Origin: Eledone cirrhosa | Lineage: Eukaryota | NCBI GenBank assembly: GCA_964016885.1 | Contig: OZ024740.1 | Location: forward strand, 419,740,001-419,804,000 | DNA: 64,000 bases | Reading direction: 5' to 3' | Shown here: piece after piece, positions 1-18,000 of the stretch | How positions within the stretch are numbered: the first letter of the stretch is position 1 | Layout: every line of letters begins with the position of its first letter | The notes under the pieces: model-generated | Told to the model about the DNA's origin: nothing | Databases searched by the model: none | The model's input: only the letters and a program-made list of their open reading frames with translations | Made by a program: the position numbers and the translations under genes

Positions 1-3000
1 TAACCTTCCTCACCTATCTCTATTACATGACATCTACCAGCCCCATTAACCTTTCTCACCTATCTTTATTACATGACATCTACCAGCCCCATTAACCTTT
101 CTCACCTATCTCTATTACATGACATCTACCAGCCCCATTAACCTTCCTCACCTATCTTTATTACATGACATCTACCAGCCCCATTAACCTTCCTCACCTA
201 TCTCTATTACATGACATCTACCAGCCCCATTAACCTTCCTCACCTATCTCTATTACATGACATCTACCAGCCCCATTAACCTTCCTCACCTATCTCTATT
301 ACATGTCATCTACCATCCCCATTAACCTTTCTCACCTATCTCTATTACATGACATCTACCAGCCCCATTAACCTTCCTCACCTATCTCTATTACATGACA
401 TCTACCAGCCCCATTAACCTTTCTGACCTATCTCTATTACATGACATCTACCAGCCCCATTAACCTTTCTCACCTATCTCTATTACATGTGATCTACCAG
501 CCCCATTAACCTTTCTCACCTATCTCTATTACATGACATCTACCAGCCCCATTAACCTTCCTCACCTATCTCTATTACATGACATCTAGCAGCCCCATTA
601 ACCTTCCTCACCTATCTTTATTACATGACATCTACCATCCCCATTAACCTTTCTCACCTATCTCTGTTACATGACATCTACCAGCCCCATTAACCTTTCT
701 CACCTATCTTAATTACATGACATCTACCAGCCCCATTAACCTTTCTCACCTATCTTTATTACATGACATCTACCAGCCCCATTAACCTTTCTCACCTATC
801 TTTATTACATGACATCTACCAGCCCCATTAACCTTTCTCACCTATCTCTATTACATGACATCTACCAGCCCCATTAACCTTTCTCACCTATCTTTATTAC
901 ATGACATCTACCAGCCCCATTAACCTTCCTCACCTATCTCTATTACATGACATCTACCAGCCCCATTAACCTTTCTCACCTATCTCTATTACATGACATC
1001 TACCATCCCCATTAACCTTTCTCACCTATCTTTATTACATGACATCTACCAGCCCCATTAACCTTTCTCACCTATCTCTATTACATGACATCTACCACCC
1101 CCATTAACCTTCCTCACCTATCTCTATTACATGACATCTACCAGCCCCATTAACCTTTCTCACCTATCTCTATTACATGACATCTACCAGCCCCATTAAC
1201 CTTCCTCACCTATCTCTATTACATGACATCTACCACCCCCATTAACCTTCCTCACCTATCTCTATTACATGACATCTACCAGCCCCATTAACCTTTCTCA
1301 CCTATCTCTATTACATGACATCTACCAGCCCCATTAACCTTCCTCACCTATCTCTATTACATGACATCTACCACCCCCATTAACCTTCCTCACCTATCTC
1401 TATTACTTGACATCTACCAGCCCCATTAACCTTTCTCACCTATCTTTATTACATGACATCTACCAGCCCCATTAACCTTCCTCACCTATCTCTATTACAT
1501 GACATCTACCAGCCCCATTAACCTTTCTCACCTATCTCTATTACATGACATCTACCAGCTCCATTAACCTTTCTCACCTATCTCTATTACATGACATCTA
1601 CCAGCCCCATTAACCTTTCTCACCTATCTCTATTACATGACATCTACCAGCCCCATTAACCTTTCTCACCTATCTCTATTACATGACATCTACCAGCCCC
1701 ATTAACCTTTCTCACCTATCTCTATTACATGATATCTACCAGCTCCATTAACCTTTCTCACCCATCTCTATTACATGACATCTACCAGCCCCATTAACCT
1801 TTCTCACCTATCTCTATTACATGACATCTACCAGCCCCATTAACCTTTCTCACCTATCTCTATTACATGACATCTACCAGCCCCATTAACCTTTCTCACC
1901 TATCTCTATTACATGACATCTACCAGCTCCATTAACCTTCCTCACCTATCTTTATTACATGACATCTACCAGCCCCATTAACCTTCCTCACCTATCTCTA
2001 TTACATGACATCTACCAGCCCCATTAACCTTTCTCACCTATCTCTATTACATGACATCTACCAGCTCCATTAACCTTCCTCACCTATCTCCATTACATGA
2101 CATCTACCAGCCCCATTAACCTTTCTCACCTATCTTTATTACATGACATCTACCAGCCCCATTGACCTTCCTCACCTATCTCTATTACATGACATCTACC
2201 AGCCCCATTAACCTTCCCCACCTATCTTTATTACATGACATCTACCAGCCCCATTAACCTTTCTCACCTATCTCTATTACATGACATCTACTAGCCCCAT
2301 TAACCTTTCTTACCTATCTCTATTACATGACATCTACCAGCCCCATTAACCTTTCTCACCTATCTCTATTACATGACATCTACCAGCCCCATTAACCTTC
2401 CTCACCTATCTCTATTACATGACATCTACCAGCCCCATTAACCTTTCTCACCTATCTCTATTACATGACATCTACCAGCCCCATTAACCTTCCTCACCTA
2501 TCTCTATTACATGACATCTACCAGCCCCATTAACCTTTCTCACCTATCTCTATTACATGACATCTACCAGCCCCATTAACCTTCCTCACCTATCTCTATT
2601 ATATGACATCTACCAGCCCCGTTAACCTTCATCACCTATCTCTATTACATGTCATCTACCATTCCCATTAACCTTTCTCACCTATCTCTATTACATGACA
2701 TCTACCAGCCCCATTAACCTTCCTCACCTATCTCTATTACATGACATCTACCAACCCCATTAACCTTTCTGACCTATCTCTATTACATGACATCTACCAG
2801 CCCCATTAACCTTCCTCACCTATCTCTATTACATGACATCTACCATCCCCATTAACCTTTCTTACCTATCTCTATTAAATGACATCTACCAGCCCCATTA
2901 ACCTTCCTCACCTATCTCTATTACATGACATCTACCAGCCCCATTAACCTTTCTCACCTATCTTTATTACATGTGATCTACCACCCCCATTAACCTTCCT

Positions 3001-6000
3001 CACCTATCTCTATTACATGACATCTACCAGCTCCATTAACCTTCCTCACCTATCTCTATTACATGACATCTACCAGCCCCATTAACCTTTCTCACCTATC
3101 TTTATTACATGACATCTACCAGCCCCATTAACCTTTCTCACCTATCTCTATTACATGACATCTACCAGCCCCATTAACCTTCCTCACCTATCTCTATTAC
3201 ATGACATCTACCAGCCCCATTAACCTTCCTCACCTATCTCTATTACATGACATCTACCAGCCCCATTAACCTTCCTCACCTATCTTTATTACATGACATC
3301 TACCAGCCCCATTAACCTTCCTCACCTATCTTTATTACATGACATCTACCAGCCCCATTAACCTTCCTCACCTATCTCTATTACATGACATCTACCAGCC
3401 CCATTAACCTTCCTCACCTATCTTTATTACATGACATCTACCAGCCCCATTAACCTTCCTCACCTATCTTTATTACATGACATCTACGAGCCCCATTAAC
3501 CTTCCTCACCTATCTCTATTACATGACATCTACCAGCCCCATTAACCTTCCTCACCTATCTCTATTACATGTCATCTACCATCCCCATTAACCTTTCTCA
3601 CCTATCTCTATTACATGACATCTATCAGCCCCATTAACCTTCCTCACCTATCTCTATTTCATGACATCTACCACCCCCATTAACCTTCCTCACCTATCTC
3701 TATTACATGACATCTACCAGCCCCATTAACCTTTCTGACCTATCTCTATTACATGACATCTACCAGCCCCATTAACCTTCCTCACCTATCTCTATTACAT
3801 GACATCTACCAGCCCCATTAACCTTCCTCACCTATCTCTATTACATGACATCTATCAGCCCCATTAACCTTCCTCACCTATCTTTATTACATGACATCTA
3901 CCATCCCCATTAACCTTTCTCACCTATCTCTATTACATGACATCTACCAGCCCCATTAACCTTTCTCACCTATCTTAATTACATGACATCTACCAGCCCC
4001 ATTAACCTTTCTCACCTATCTTTATTACATGACATCTACCAGCCCCATTAACCTTTCTCACCTATCTTTATTACATGACATCTACCAGCCCCATTAACCT
4101 TTCTCACCTATCTCTATTACATGACATCTACCAGCCCCATTAACCTTTCTCACCTATCTTTATTACATGACATCTACCAGCCCCATTAACCTTCCTCACC
4201 TATCTCTATTACATGACATCTACCAGCCCCATTAACCTTTCTCACCTATCTCTATTACATGACATCTACCATCCCCATTAACCTTTCTCACCTATCTTTA
4301 TTACATGACATCTACCAGCCCCATTAACCTTTCTCACCTATCTCTATTACATGACATCTACCACCCCCATTAACCTTCCTCACCTATCTCTATTACATGA
4401 CATCTACCAGCCCCATTAACCTTTCTCACCTATCTCTATTACATGACATCTACCACCCCCATTAACCTTCCTCACCTATCTCTATTACTTGACATCTACC
4501 AGCCCCATTAACCTTTCTCACCTATCTTTATTACATGACATCTACCAGCCCCATTAACCTTCCTCACCTATCTCTATTACATGACATCTACCAGCCCCAT
4601 TAACCTTTCTCACCTATCTCTATTACTTGACATCTACCACCCCCATTAACCTTCCTCACCTATCTCTATTTCATTGACATCTACCAGCCCCATTAACCTT
4701 TCTCACCTATCTTTATTACATGACATCTACCAGCCCCATTAACCTACCTCACCTATCTCTATTACATGACATCTACCTGCTCCATTAACCTTTCTCACCT
4801 ATCTTTATTACATGACATCTACCAGCCCCATTAACCTTTCTCACCTATCTCTATTACATGACATCTACCAGCCCCATTAACCTTCCTCACCTATCTCTAT
4901 TACATGACATCTACCAGCACCATTAACCTTCCTCACCTATCTCTATTACATGACATCTACCAGCCCCATTAACCTTCCTCACCTATCTCTATTACATGAC
5001 ATCTACCAGACCCATTAACCTTCCTCACCTATCTCTATTACATGACATCTACCAGCCCCATTAACCTTCCTCACCTATCTATATTACATGACATCTACCA
5101 GCCCCAGTAACCTTCCTCACCTATCTCTATTAAATGACATCTACCAGCCCCATTAACCTTCCTCACCTATCTCTATTACATGAGATCTACCAGCCACATT
5201 AACCTTCCTCACCTATCTCTATTACATGACATCTACCATCCCCATTAACCTTTCTCACCTATCTTTATTACATGACATCTACCAGCCCCATTGACCTTCC
5301 TCACCTATCTCTATTACATGACATCTACCAGCCCCATTAACCTTCCCCACCTATCTTTATTACATGACATCTACCAGCCCCATTAACCTTTCTCACCTAT
5401 CTCTATTACATGACATCTACCAGCCCCATTAACCTTCCTCACCTATCTCTATTACATGACATCTACCAGCCCCATTAACCTTTCTCACCTATCTTTATTA
5501 CATGACATCTACCAGCCCCATTAACCTTCCTCACCTATCTCTATTACATGACATCTACCAGCCCCATTAACCTTTCTTACCTATCTCTATTACATGACAT
5601 CTACCAGCCCCATTAACCTTTCTTACCTATCTCTATTACATGACATCTACCAGCCCCATTAACCTTTCTTACCTATCTCTATTACAGGACATCTACCAGC
5701 CCCATTAACCTTCCTCACCTATCTCTATTAAATGACATCTACCAGCCCCATTAACCTTTCTTACCTATCTCTATGACATGACATCTACCAGCCCCATTAA
5801 CCTTCCTCACCTATCTCTATTACATTGACATCTACCTGTCCCATTAACCTTTCTCACCTATCTCTATTACATGACATCTACCAGCCCCATTAACCTTTCT
5901 CACCTATCTCTATTACATGACATCTACCACCCCCATTAACCTTTCTCACCTATCTTTATTACATGACATCTACCACCCCTATTAACTCTCCTCACCTATC

Positions 6001-9000
6001 TCTATTACATGACATCTACCAGCCCCATTAACCTTCCTCACCTATCTCTATTACATGACATCTACCAGCCCCATTAACCTTTCTCACCTATCTCTATTAC
6101 ATGACATCTACCAGCCCCATTAACCTTTCTCACCTATCTTTATTACATGACATCTACCAGCCCCATTAACCTTCCTCACCTATCTCTATTACATGACATC
6201 TATCAGCCCCATTAACTTTTCTCACCTATCTCTATTACATGACATCTACCAGCCCCATTAACCCTTCTCACCTATCTTTATTACATGACATCTACCACCT
6301 CCATTAACCTTCCTCACCTATCTCTATTACATGACATCTACCAGCCCCATTGACCTTCCTCACCTATCTCTATTACATGACATCTACCAGCCCCATTAAC
6401 CTTCCCCACCTATCTTTATTACATGACATCTACCAGCCCCATTAACCTTTCTTACCTATCTCTATTACATGACATCTTCCAGCCCCATTAACCTTTCTTA
6501 CCTATCTCTATTACATGACATCTACCAGCCCCATTAACCTTCCTCACCTATCTCTATTACATGACATCTACCAGCCCCATTAACCTTCCTCACCTATCTC
6601 TATTACATGACATCTACCAGCCCAATTAACCTTTCTCACCTATCTTTATTACATGACATCTACCAGCCCCATTAACCTTCCTCACCTATCTCTATTACAT
6701 GACATCTACCAGCCCCATTAACCTTCCTCACCTATCTCTATTACATGACATCTACCAGCCCCATTAACCTTCCTCACCTATCTCTATTATATGACATCTA
6801 CCAGCCCCATTAACCTTTCTCACCTATCTCTATTACATGATATCTACCAGCCCCATTAACCTTTCTCACCTATCTCTATTACATGACATCTACCAGCCCC
6901 ATTAACCTTCCTCACCTATCTCTATTACATGACATCTACCAGCCCCATTAACCTTTCTCACCTATCTTTATTACATGACATCTACCAGCCCCATTAACCT
7001 TCCTCACCTATCTCTATTACATGACATCTACCAGCCCCATTAACCTTCCTCACCTATCTCTATTACATGACATCTACCAGCCCCATTAACCTTTCTTACC
7101 TATCTCTATTACATGACATCTACCAGCCCCATTAACCTTCCTCACCTATCTCTATTATATGACATCTACCAGCCCCATTAACCTTTCTTACCTATCTCTA
7201 TGACATGACATCTACCAGTCCCATTAACCTTCCTCACCTATCTCTATTACATTGACATCTACCTGCCCCATTAACCTTTCTCACCTATCTCTATTACATG
7301 ACATCTACCAGCCCCATTAACCTTCCTCACCTATCTCTATTACATGACACCTACCAGCCCCATTAACCTTCCTCACCTATCTCTATTACATGACATCTAC
7401 CAGCCCCATTAACCTTTCTCACCTATCTCTATTACATGACATCTACCAGCCCCATTAACCTTTCTCACCTATCTTTATTACATGACATCTACCAGCCCCA
7501 TTAACCTTCCTCACCTATCTCTATTACATGACATCTACCAGCCCCATTAACCTTTCTTACCTATCTCTATTACATGACATCTTCCAGCCCCATTAACCTT
7601 TCTTACCTATCTCTATTACATGACATCTACCAGCCCCATTAACCTTCCTCACCTATCTCTATTACATGACATCTACCAGCCCCATTAACCTTCCTCACCT
7701 ATCTCTATTACATGACATCTACCAGCCCAATTAACCTTTCTCACCTATCTTTATTACATGACATCTACCAGCCCCATTAACCTTCCTCACCTATCTCTAT
7801 TACATGACATCTACCAGCCCCATTAACCTTCCTCACCTATCTCTATTACATGACATCTACCAGCCCCATTAACCTTCCTCACCTATCTCTATTATATGAC
7901 ATCTACCAGCCCCATTAACCTTTCTCACCTATCTCTATTACATGATATCTACCAGCCCCATTAACCTTTCTCACCTATCTCTATTACATGACATCTACCA
8001 GCCCCATTAACCTTCCTCACCTATCTCTATTACATGACATCTACCAGCCCCATTAACCTTTCTCACCTATCTTTATTACATGACATCTACCAGCCCCATT
8101 AACCTTCCTCACCTATCTCTATTACATGACATCTACCAGCCCCATTAACCTTCCTCACCTATCTCTATTACATGACATCTACCAGCCCCATTAACCTTTC
8201 TTACCTATCTCTATTACATGACATCTACCAGCCCCATTAACCTTCCTCACCTATCTCTATTATATGACATCTACCAGCCCCATTAACCTTTCTTACCTAT
8301 CTCTATGACATGACATCTACCAGTCCCATTAACCTTCCTCACCTATCTCTATTACATTGACATCTACCTGCCCCATTAACCTTTCTCACCTATCTCTATT
8401 ACATGACATCTACCAGCCCCATTAACCTTCCTCACCTATCTCTATTACATGACACCTACCAGCCCCATTAACCTTCCTCACCTATCTCTATTACATGACA
8501 TCTACCAGCCCCATTAACCTTTCTCACCTATCTCTATTACATGACATCTACCAGCCCCATTAACCTTTCTCACCTATCTTTATTACATGACATCTACCAG
8601 CCCCATTAACCTTCCTCACCTATCTCTATTACATGACATCTACCAGCCCCATTAACCTTTCTTACCTATCTCTATTACATGACATCTTCCAGCCCCATTA
8701 ACCTTTCTTACCTATCTCTATTACATGACATCTACCAGCCCCATTAACCTTCCTCACCTATCTCTATTACATGACATCTACCAGCCCCATTAACCTTCCT
8801 CACCTATCTCTATTACATGACATCTACCAGCCCAATTAACCTTTCTCACCTATCTTTATTACATGACATCTACCAGCCCCATTAACCTTCCTCACCTATC
8901 TCTATTACATGACATCTACCAGCCCCATTAACCTTCCTCACCTATCTCTATTACATGACATCTACCAGCCCCATTAACCTTTCTCACCTATCTCTATTAA

Positions 9001-12000
9001 ATGACATCTACCAGCCCCATTAACCTTCCTCACCTATCTCTATTACATGACATCTACCAGCCCCATTAACCTTCCTCACCTATCTTTATTACATGACATC
9101 TACCAGCCCCATTAACCTTCCTCACCTATCTTTATTACATGACATCTACGAGCCCCATTAACCTTCCTCACCTATCTCTATTACATGACATCTACCAGCC
9201 CCATTAACCTTCCTCACCTATCTCTATTACATGTCATCTACCATCCCCATTAACCTTTCTCACCTATCTCTATTACATGACATCTATCAGCCCCATTAAC
9301 CTTCCTCACCTATCTCTATTTCATGACATCTACCACCCCCATTAACCTTCCTCACCTATCTCTATTACATGACATCTACCAGCCCCATTAACCTTTCTGA
9401 CCTATCTCTATTACATGACATCTACCAGCCCCATTAACCTTCCTCACCTATCTCTATTACATGACATCTACCAGCCCCATTAACCTTCCTCACCTATCTC
9501 TATTACATGACATCTATCAGCCCCATTAACCTTCCTCACCTATCTTTATTACATGACATCTACCATCCCCATTAACCTTTCTCACCTATCTCTATTACAT
9601 GACATCTACCAGCCCCATTAACCTTTCTCACCTATCTTAATTACATGACATCTACCAGCCCCATTAACCTTTCTCACCTATCTTTATTACATGACATCTA
9701 CCAGCCCCATTAACCTTTCTCACCTATCTTTATTACATGACATCTACCAGCCCCATTAACCTTTCTCACCTATCTCTATTACATGACATCTACCAGCCCC
9801 ATTAACCTTTCTCACCTATCTTTATTACATGACATCTACCAGCCCCATTAACCTTCCTCACCTATCTCTATTACATGACATCTACCAGCCCCATTAACCT
9901 TTCTCACCTATCTCTATTACATGACATCTACCATCCCCATTAACCTTTCTCACCTATCTTTATTACATGACATCTACCAGCCCCATTAACCTTTCTCACC
10001 TATCTCTATTACATGACATCTACCACCCCCATTAACCTTCCTCACCTATCTCTATTACATGACATCTACCAGCCCCTTTAACCTTTCTCACCTATCTCTA
10101 TTACATGACATCTACCACCCCCATTAACCTTCCTCACCTATCTCTATTACTTGACATCTACCAGCCCCATTAACCTTTCTCACCTATCTTTATTACATGA
10201 CATCTACCAGCCCCATTAACCTTCCTCACCTATCTCTATTACATGACATCTACCAGCCCCATTAACCTTTCTCACCTATCTCTATTACTTGACATCTACC
10301 ACCCCCATTAACCTTCCTCACCTATCTCTATTTCATTGACATCTACCAGCCCCATTAACCTTTCTCACCTATCTTTATTACATGACATCTACCAGCCCCA
10401 TTAACCTACCTCACCTATCTCTATTACATGACATCTACCTGCTCCATTAACCTTTCTCACCTATCTTTATTACATGACATCTACCAGCCCCATTAACCTT
10501 TCTCACCTATCTCTATTACATGACATCTACCAGCCCCATTAACCTTCCTCACCTATCTCTATTACATGACATCTACCAGCACCATTAACCTTCCTCACCT
10601 ATCTCTATTACATGACATCTACCAGCCCCATTAACCTTCCTCACCTATCTCTATTACATGACATCTACCAGACCCATTAACCTTCCTCACCTATCTCTAT
10701 TACATGACATCTACCAGCCCCATTAACCTTCCTCACCTATCTATATTACATGACATCTACCAGCCCCAGTAACCTTCCTCACCTATCTCTATTAAATGAC
10801 ATCTACCAGCCCCATTAACCTTCCTCACCTATCTCTATTACATGAGATCTACCAGCCACATTAACCTTCCTCACCTATCTCTATTACATGACATCTACCA
10901 TCCCCATTAACCTTTCTCACCTATCTTTATTACATGACATCTACCAGCCCCATTGACCTTCCTCACCTATCTCTATTACATGACATCTACCAGCCCCATT
11001 AACCTTCCCCACCTATCTTTATTACATGACATCTACCAGCCCCATTAACCTTTCTCACCTATCTCTATTACATGACATCTACCAGCCCCATTAACCTTCC
11101 TCACCTATCTCTATTACATGACATCTACCAGCCCCATTAACCTTTCTCACCTATCTTTATTACATGACATCTACCAGCCCCATTAACCTTCCTCACCTAT
11201 CTCTATTACATGACATCTACCAGCCCCATTAACCTTTCTTACCTATCTCTATTACATGACATCTACCAGCCCCATTAACCTTTCTTACCTATCTCTATTA
11301 CATGACATCTACCAGCCCCATTAACCTTTCTTACCTATCTCTATTACAGGACATCTACCAGCCCCATTAACCTTCCTCACCTATCTCTATTAAATGACAT
11401 CTACCAGCCCCATTAACCTTTCTTACCTATCTCTATGACATGACATCTACCAGCCCCATTAACCTTCCTCACCTATCTCTATTACATTGACATCTACCTG
11501 TCCCATTAACCTTTCTCACCTATCTCTATTACATGACATCTACCAGCCCCATTAACCTTTCTCACCTATCTCTATTACATGACATCTACCACCCCCATTA
11601 ACCTTTCTCACCTATCTTTATTACATGACATCTACCACCCCTATTAACTCTCCTCACCTATCTCTATTACATGACATCTACCAGCCCCATTAACCTTCCT
11701 CACCTATCTCTATTACATGACATCTACCAGCCCCATTAACCTTTCTCACCTATCTCTATTACATGACATCTACCAGCCCCATTAACCTTTCTCACCTATC
11801 TTTATTACATGACATCTACCAGCCCCATTAACCTTCCTCACCTATCTCTATTACATGACATCTATCAGCCCCATTAACTTTTCTCACCTATCTCTATTAC
11901 ATGACATCTACCAGCCCCATTAACCCTTCTCACCTATCTTTATTACATGACATCTACCACCTCCATTAACCTTCCTCACCTATCTCTATTACATGACATC

Positions 12001-15000
12001 TACCAGCCCCATTGACCTTCCTCACCTATCTCTATTACATGACATCTACCAGCCCCATTAACCTTCCCCACCTATCTTTATTACATGACATCTACCAGCC
12101 CCATTAACCTTTCTTACCTATCTCTATTACATGACATCTTCCAGCCCCATTAACCTTTCTTACCTATCTCTATTACATGACATCTACCAGCCCCATTAAC
12201 CTTCCTCACCTATCTCTATTACATGACATCTACCAGCCCCATTAACCTTCCTCACCTATCTCTATTACATGACATCTACCAGCCCAATTAACCTTTCTCA
12301 CCTATCTTTATTACATGACATCTACCAGCCCCATTAACCTTCCTCACCTATCTCTATTACATGACATCTACCAGCCCCATTAACCTTCCTCACCTATCTC
12401 TATTACATGACATCTACCAGCCCCATTAACCTTCCTCACCTATCTCTATTATATGACATCTACCAGCCCCATTAACCTTTCTCACCTATCTCTATTACAT
12501 GATATCTACCAGCCCCATTAACCTTTCTCACCTATCTCTATTACATGACATCTACCAGCCCCATTAACCTTCCTCACCTATCTCTATTACATGACATCTA
12601 CCAGCCCCATTAACCTTTCTCACCTATCTTTATTACATGACATCTACCAGCCCCATTAACCTTCCTCACCTATCTCTATTACATGACATCTACCAGCCCC
12701 ATTAACCTTCCTCACCTATCTCTATTACATGACATCTACCAGCCCCATTAACCTTTCTTACCTATCTCTATTACATGACATCTACCAGCCCCATTAACCT
12801 TCCTCACCTATCTCTATTATATGACATCTACCAGCCCCATTAACCTTTCTTACCTATCTCTATGACATGACATCTACCAGTCCCATTAACCTTCCTCACC
12901 TATCTCTATTACATTGACATCTACCTGCCCCATTAACCTTTCTCACCTATCTCTATTACATGACATCTACCAGCCCCATTAACCTTCCTCACCTATCTCT
13001 ATTACATGACACCTACCAGCCCCATTAACCTTCCTCACCTATCTCTATTACATGACATCTACCAGCCCCATTAACCTTTCTCACCTATCTCTATTACATG
13101 ACATCTACCAGCCCCATTAACCTTTCTCACCTATCTTTATTACATGACATCTACCAGCCCCATTAACCTTCCTCACCTATCTCTATTACATGACATCTAC
13201 CAGCCCCATTAACCTTTCTTACCTATCTCTATTACATGACATCTTCCAGCCCCATTAACCTTTCTTACCTATCTCTATTACATGACATCTACCAGCCCCA
13301 TTAACCTTCCTCACCTATCTCTATTACATGACATCTACCAGCCCCATTAACCTTCCTCACCTATCTCTATTACATGACATCTACCAGCCCAATTAACCTT
13401 TCTCACCTATCTTTATTACATGACATCTACCAGCCCCATTAACCTTCCTCACCTATCTCTATTACATGACATCTACCAGCCCCATTAACCTTCCTCACCT
13501 ATCTCTATTACATGACATCTACCAGCCCCATTAACCTTTCTCACCTATCTCTATTACATGATATCTACCAGCCCCATTAACCTTTCTCACCTATCTCTAT
13601 TACATGACATCTACCAGCCCCATTAACCTTCCTCACCTATCTCTATTACATGACATCTACCAGCCCCATTTACCTTTCTCACATATCTTTATTACATGAC
13701 ATCTACCAGCCCCATTAACCTTCCTCACCTATCTCTATTACATGACATCTACCAGCCCCATTAACCTTCCTCACCTATCTCTATTACATGACATCTACCA
13801 GCCCCATTAACCTTTCTTACCTATCTCTATTACATGACATCTACCAGCCCCATTAACCTTCCTCACCTATCTCTATTATATGACATCTACCAGCCCCATT
13901 AACCTTTCTTACCTATCTCTATGACATGACATCTACCAGCCCCATTAACCTTCCTCACCTATCTCTATTACATTGACATCTACCTGCCCCATTAACCTTT
14001 CTCACCTATCTCTATTACATGACATCTACCAGCCCCATTAACCTTCCTCACCTATCTCTATTACATGACACCTACCAGCCCCATTAACCTTCCTCACCTA
14101 TCTCTATTACATGACATCTACCAGCCCCATTAACCTTTCTCACCTATCTCTATTACATGACATCTACCAGCCCCATTAACCTTTCTCACCTATCTTTATT
14201 ACATGACATCTACCAGCCCCATTAACCTTCCTCACCTATCTCTATTACATGACATCTACCAGCCCCATTAACCTTTCTCACCTATCTCTATTACACGACA
14301 TCTACCAGCCCCATTAACCTTTCTCACCTATCTCTATTACATGACATCTACCAGCCCCATTAACCTTTCTCACCTATCTCTATTACACGACATCTACCAG
14401 CCCCATTAACCTTTCTCACCTATCTCTATTACACGACATCTACCAGCCCCATTAACCTTTCTCACCTATCTCTATTACATGTGATCTACCAGCCCCATTA
14501 ACCCTTCTCACCTATCTCTATTACATGACATCTACCAGCCCCATTAACCTTCCTCACCTATCTCTATTACATGACATCTACCAGCCCCATTAACCTTTCT
14601 GACCTATCTCTATTACATGACATCTACCAGCCCCATTAACCTTCCTCACCTATCTCTATTACATGACATCTACCAGCCCCATTAACCTTCCTCACCTATC
14701 TCTATTACATGACATCTACCAGCCCCATTAACCTTCCTCACCTATCTCTATTACATGTCATCTACCATCCCCATTAACCTTTCTCACCTATCTCTATTAC
14801 ATGACATCTACCAGCCCCATTAACCTTCCTCACCTATCTCTATTACATGACATCTACCAGCCCCATTAACCTTTCTGACCTATCTCTATTACATGACATC
14901 TACCAGCCCCATTAACCTTCCTCACCTATCTCTATTACATGACATCTAGCAGCCCCATTAACCTTCCTCACCTATCTTTATTACATGACATCTACCATCC

Positions 15001-18000
15001 CCATTAACCTTTCTCACCTATCTCTATTATATGACATCTACCAGCCCCATTAACCTTTCTCACCTATCTTAATTACATGACATCTATCAGCCCCATTAAC
15101 CTTTCTCACCTATCTTTATTACATGACATCTACCAGCCCCATTAACCTTTCTCACCTATCTTTATTACATGACATCTACCAGCCCCATTAACCTTCCTCA
15201 CCTATCTCTATTACATGACATCTACCAGCCCCATTAACCTTTCTCACCTATCTCTATTACATGTCATCTACCAGCCCCATTAACCTTCCTCACCTATCTC
15301 TATTACATGACATCTACCAGCCCCATTAACCTTTATCACCTATCTTTATTACATGACATCTACCAGCCCCATTAACCTTCCTCACCTATCTCTATTACAT
15401 GACATCTACCAGCCCCATTAACCTTTCTCACCTATCTTTATTACATGACATCTACCAGCCCCATTAACCTTTCTCACCTATCTTTATTACATGACATCTA
15501 CCAGCCCCATTAACCTTCCTCACCTATCTCTATTACATGACATCTACCAGCCCCATTAACCTTCCTCACCTATCTCTATTACATGACATCTACCATCCCC
15601 ATTAACCTTTCTCACCTATCTTTATTACATGACATCTACCAGCCCCATTAACCTTCCTCACCTATCTCTATTACATGACATCTACCAGCCCCATTAACCT
15701 TCCTCACCTATCTCTATTACATGACATCTACGAGCCCCATTAACCTTCCTCACCTATCTCTATTACATGACATCTACCAGCCCCATTAACCTTCCTCACC
15801 TATCTCTATTACATGACATCTACCAGCCCCATTAACCTTTCTCACCTATCTCTATTACATGACATCTACCAGCCCCATTAACCTTTCTCACCTATCTCTA
15901 TTACATGACATCTAACAGCCCCATTAACCTTCCTCACCTATCTCTATTACATGACATCTACCAGCCCCATTAACCTTTCTCACCTATCTTTATTACATGA
16001 CATCTACCAGCCCCATTAACCTTCCTCACCTATCACTATTACATGACATCTACCAGCCCCATTAACCTTCCTCACCTATCTCTATTACATGACATCTACC
16101 AGCCCCATTAACCTTCCTCACCTATCTCTATTACATGACATCTACCAGCCCCATTAACCTTTCTTACCTATCTCTATTACAGGACATCTACCAGCCCCAT
16201 TAACCTTCCTCACCTATCTCTATTATATGACATCTACCAGCCCCATTAACCTTCCTCGCCTATCTCTATTACATGACATCTACCAGCCCCATTAACCTTC
16301 CTCACCTATCTCTATTACATGACATCTACCAGCCCCATTAACCTTTCTCACCTATCTCTATTACATGACATCTACCAGCCCCATTAACCTTTCTCACCTA
16401 TCTTTATTACATGACATCTACCAGCCCCATTAACCTTCCTCACCTATCTCTATTACATGACATCTACCAGCCCCATTAACCCTTCTCACCTATCTTTATT
16501 ACATGACGTCTACCACCCCCATTAACCCTTCTCACCTATCTTTATTACATGACATCTACCAGCCCCAATTAACCTTCCTCACCTATCTCTTTTATGACAT
16601 CTACCAGCCCCATTAACCTTTCTTACCTATCTCTATTACATGACATCTACCAGCCCCATTAACCTTTCTCAACTATCTCTATTACATGCCATCTACCAGC
16701 CCCATTAACCTTCATAACCTATCTCTATTACATGACATGTACCAGCCCCATTAACCTTCCTCACCTATCTCTATTACAGGACATCTACCAGCCCCATTAA
16801 CCTTCCTCACCTATCTCTATTACATGACATCTACCAGCCCCATTAACCTTCCTCACCTATCTCTATTACATGATATCTACCAGCCCCATTAACCTTTCTC
16901 ACCTATCTCTATTACATGACATCTACCAGCCCCATTAACCTTTTTCACCTATCTCTATTACATGACATCTACCAGCCCCATTAACCTTCCTCACCTATCT
17001 TTATTACATGACATCTACCGGCCCCATTAACCTTCCTCACCTATCCCTATTACATGACATCTACCAGCCCCATTAACCTTTCTCACCTATCTCTATTACA
17101 TCACATCTACCAGCCCCTGTAACCTTTCTCACCTATCTTTATTACATGACATCTACCAGCCCCATTAACCTTCCTCACCTATCTCTATTACATGACATCT
17201 ACCATCCCCATTAACCTTTCTCACCTATCTCTATTACATGACATCTACCAGCCCCATTAACCTTCCTCACCTATCTCTATTACATGATATCTACCAGCCC
17301 CATTAACCTTCCTCACCTATCTCTATTACATGACATCTACCAGCCCCATTAACCTTCCTCACCTATCTCTATTACATGACATCTACCAGCCCCATTAACC
17401 TTTCTCACCTATCTCTATTAAATGACATCTACCAGCCCCATTAACCTTCCTCACCTATCTCTATTACATGACATCTACCAGCCCCATTAACCTTTCTCAC
17501 CTATCTCTATTACATGACATCTACCAGCCCCATTAACTTTTCTCACCTATCTCTATTACATGACATCTACCATCCCCATTAACCTTTCTCACCTATCTCT
17601 ATTAAATGACATCTACCAGCTCCATTAACCTTCCTCACCTATCTCTATTACATGACATCTACCAGCCCCATTAACCTTCTTCACCTATCTCTATTACATG
17701 ACATCTACCAGCCCCATTAACCTTTCTCACCTATCTTTATTACATGACATCTACTAGCCCCATTAACCTTCCTCACCTCTCTCTATTACATGACATCTAC
17801 CAGCCCCATTAACCTTTCTCACCTATCTTTATTACATGACATCTACCAGCCCCATTAACCTTTCTCACCTATCTCTATTACATGACATCTAACAGCCCCA
17901 TTAACCTTCCTCACCTATCTTTATTACATGACATCTACCAGCCCCATTAACCTTTCTCACCTATCTATATTACATGACATCTACCACCCCCATTAACCTT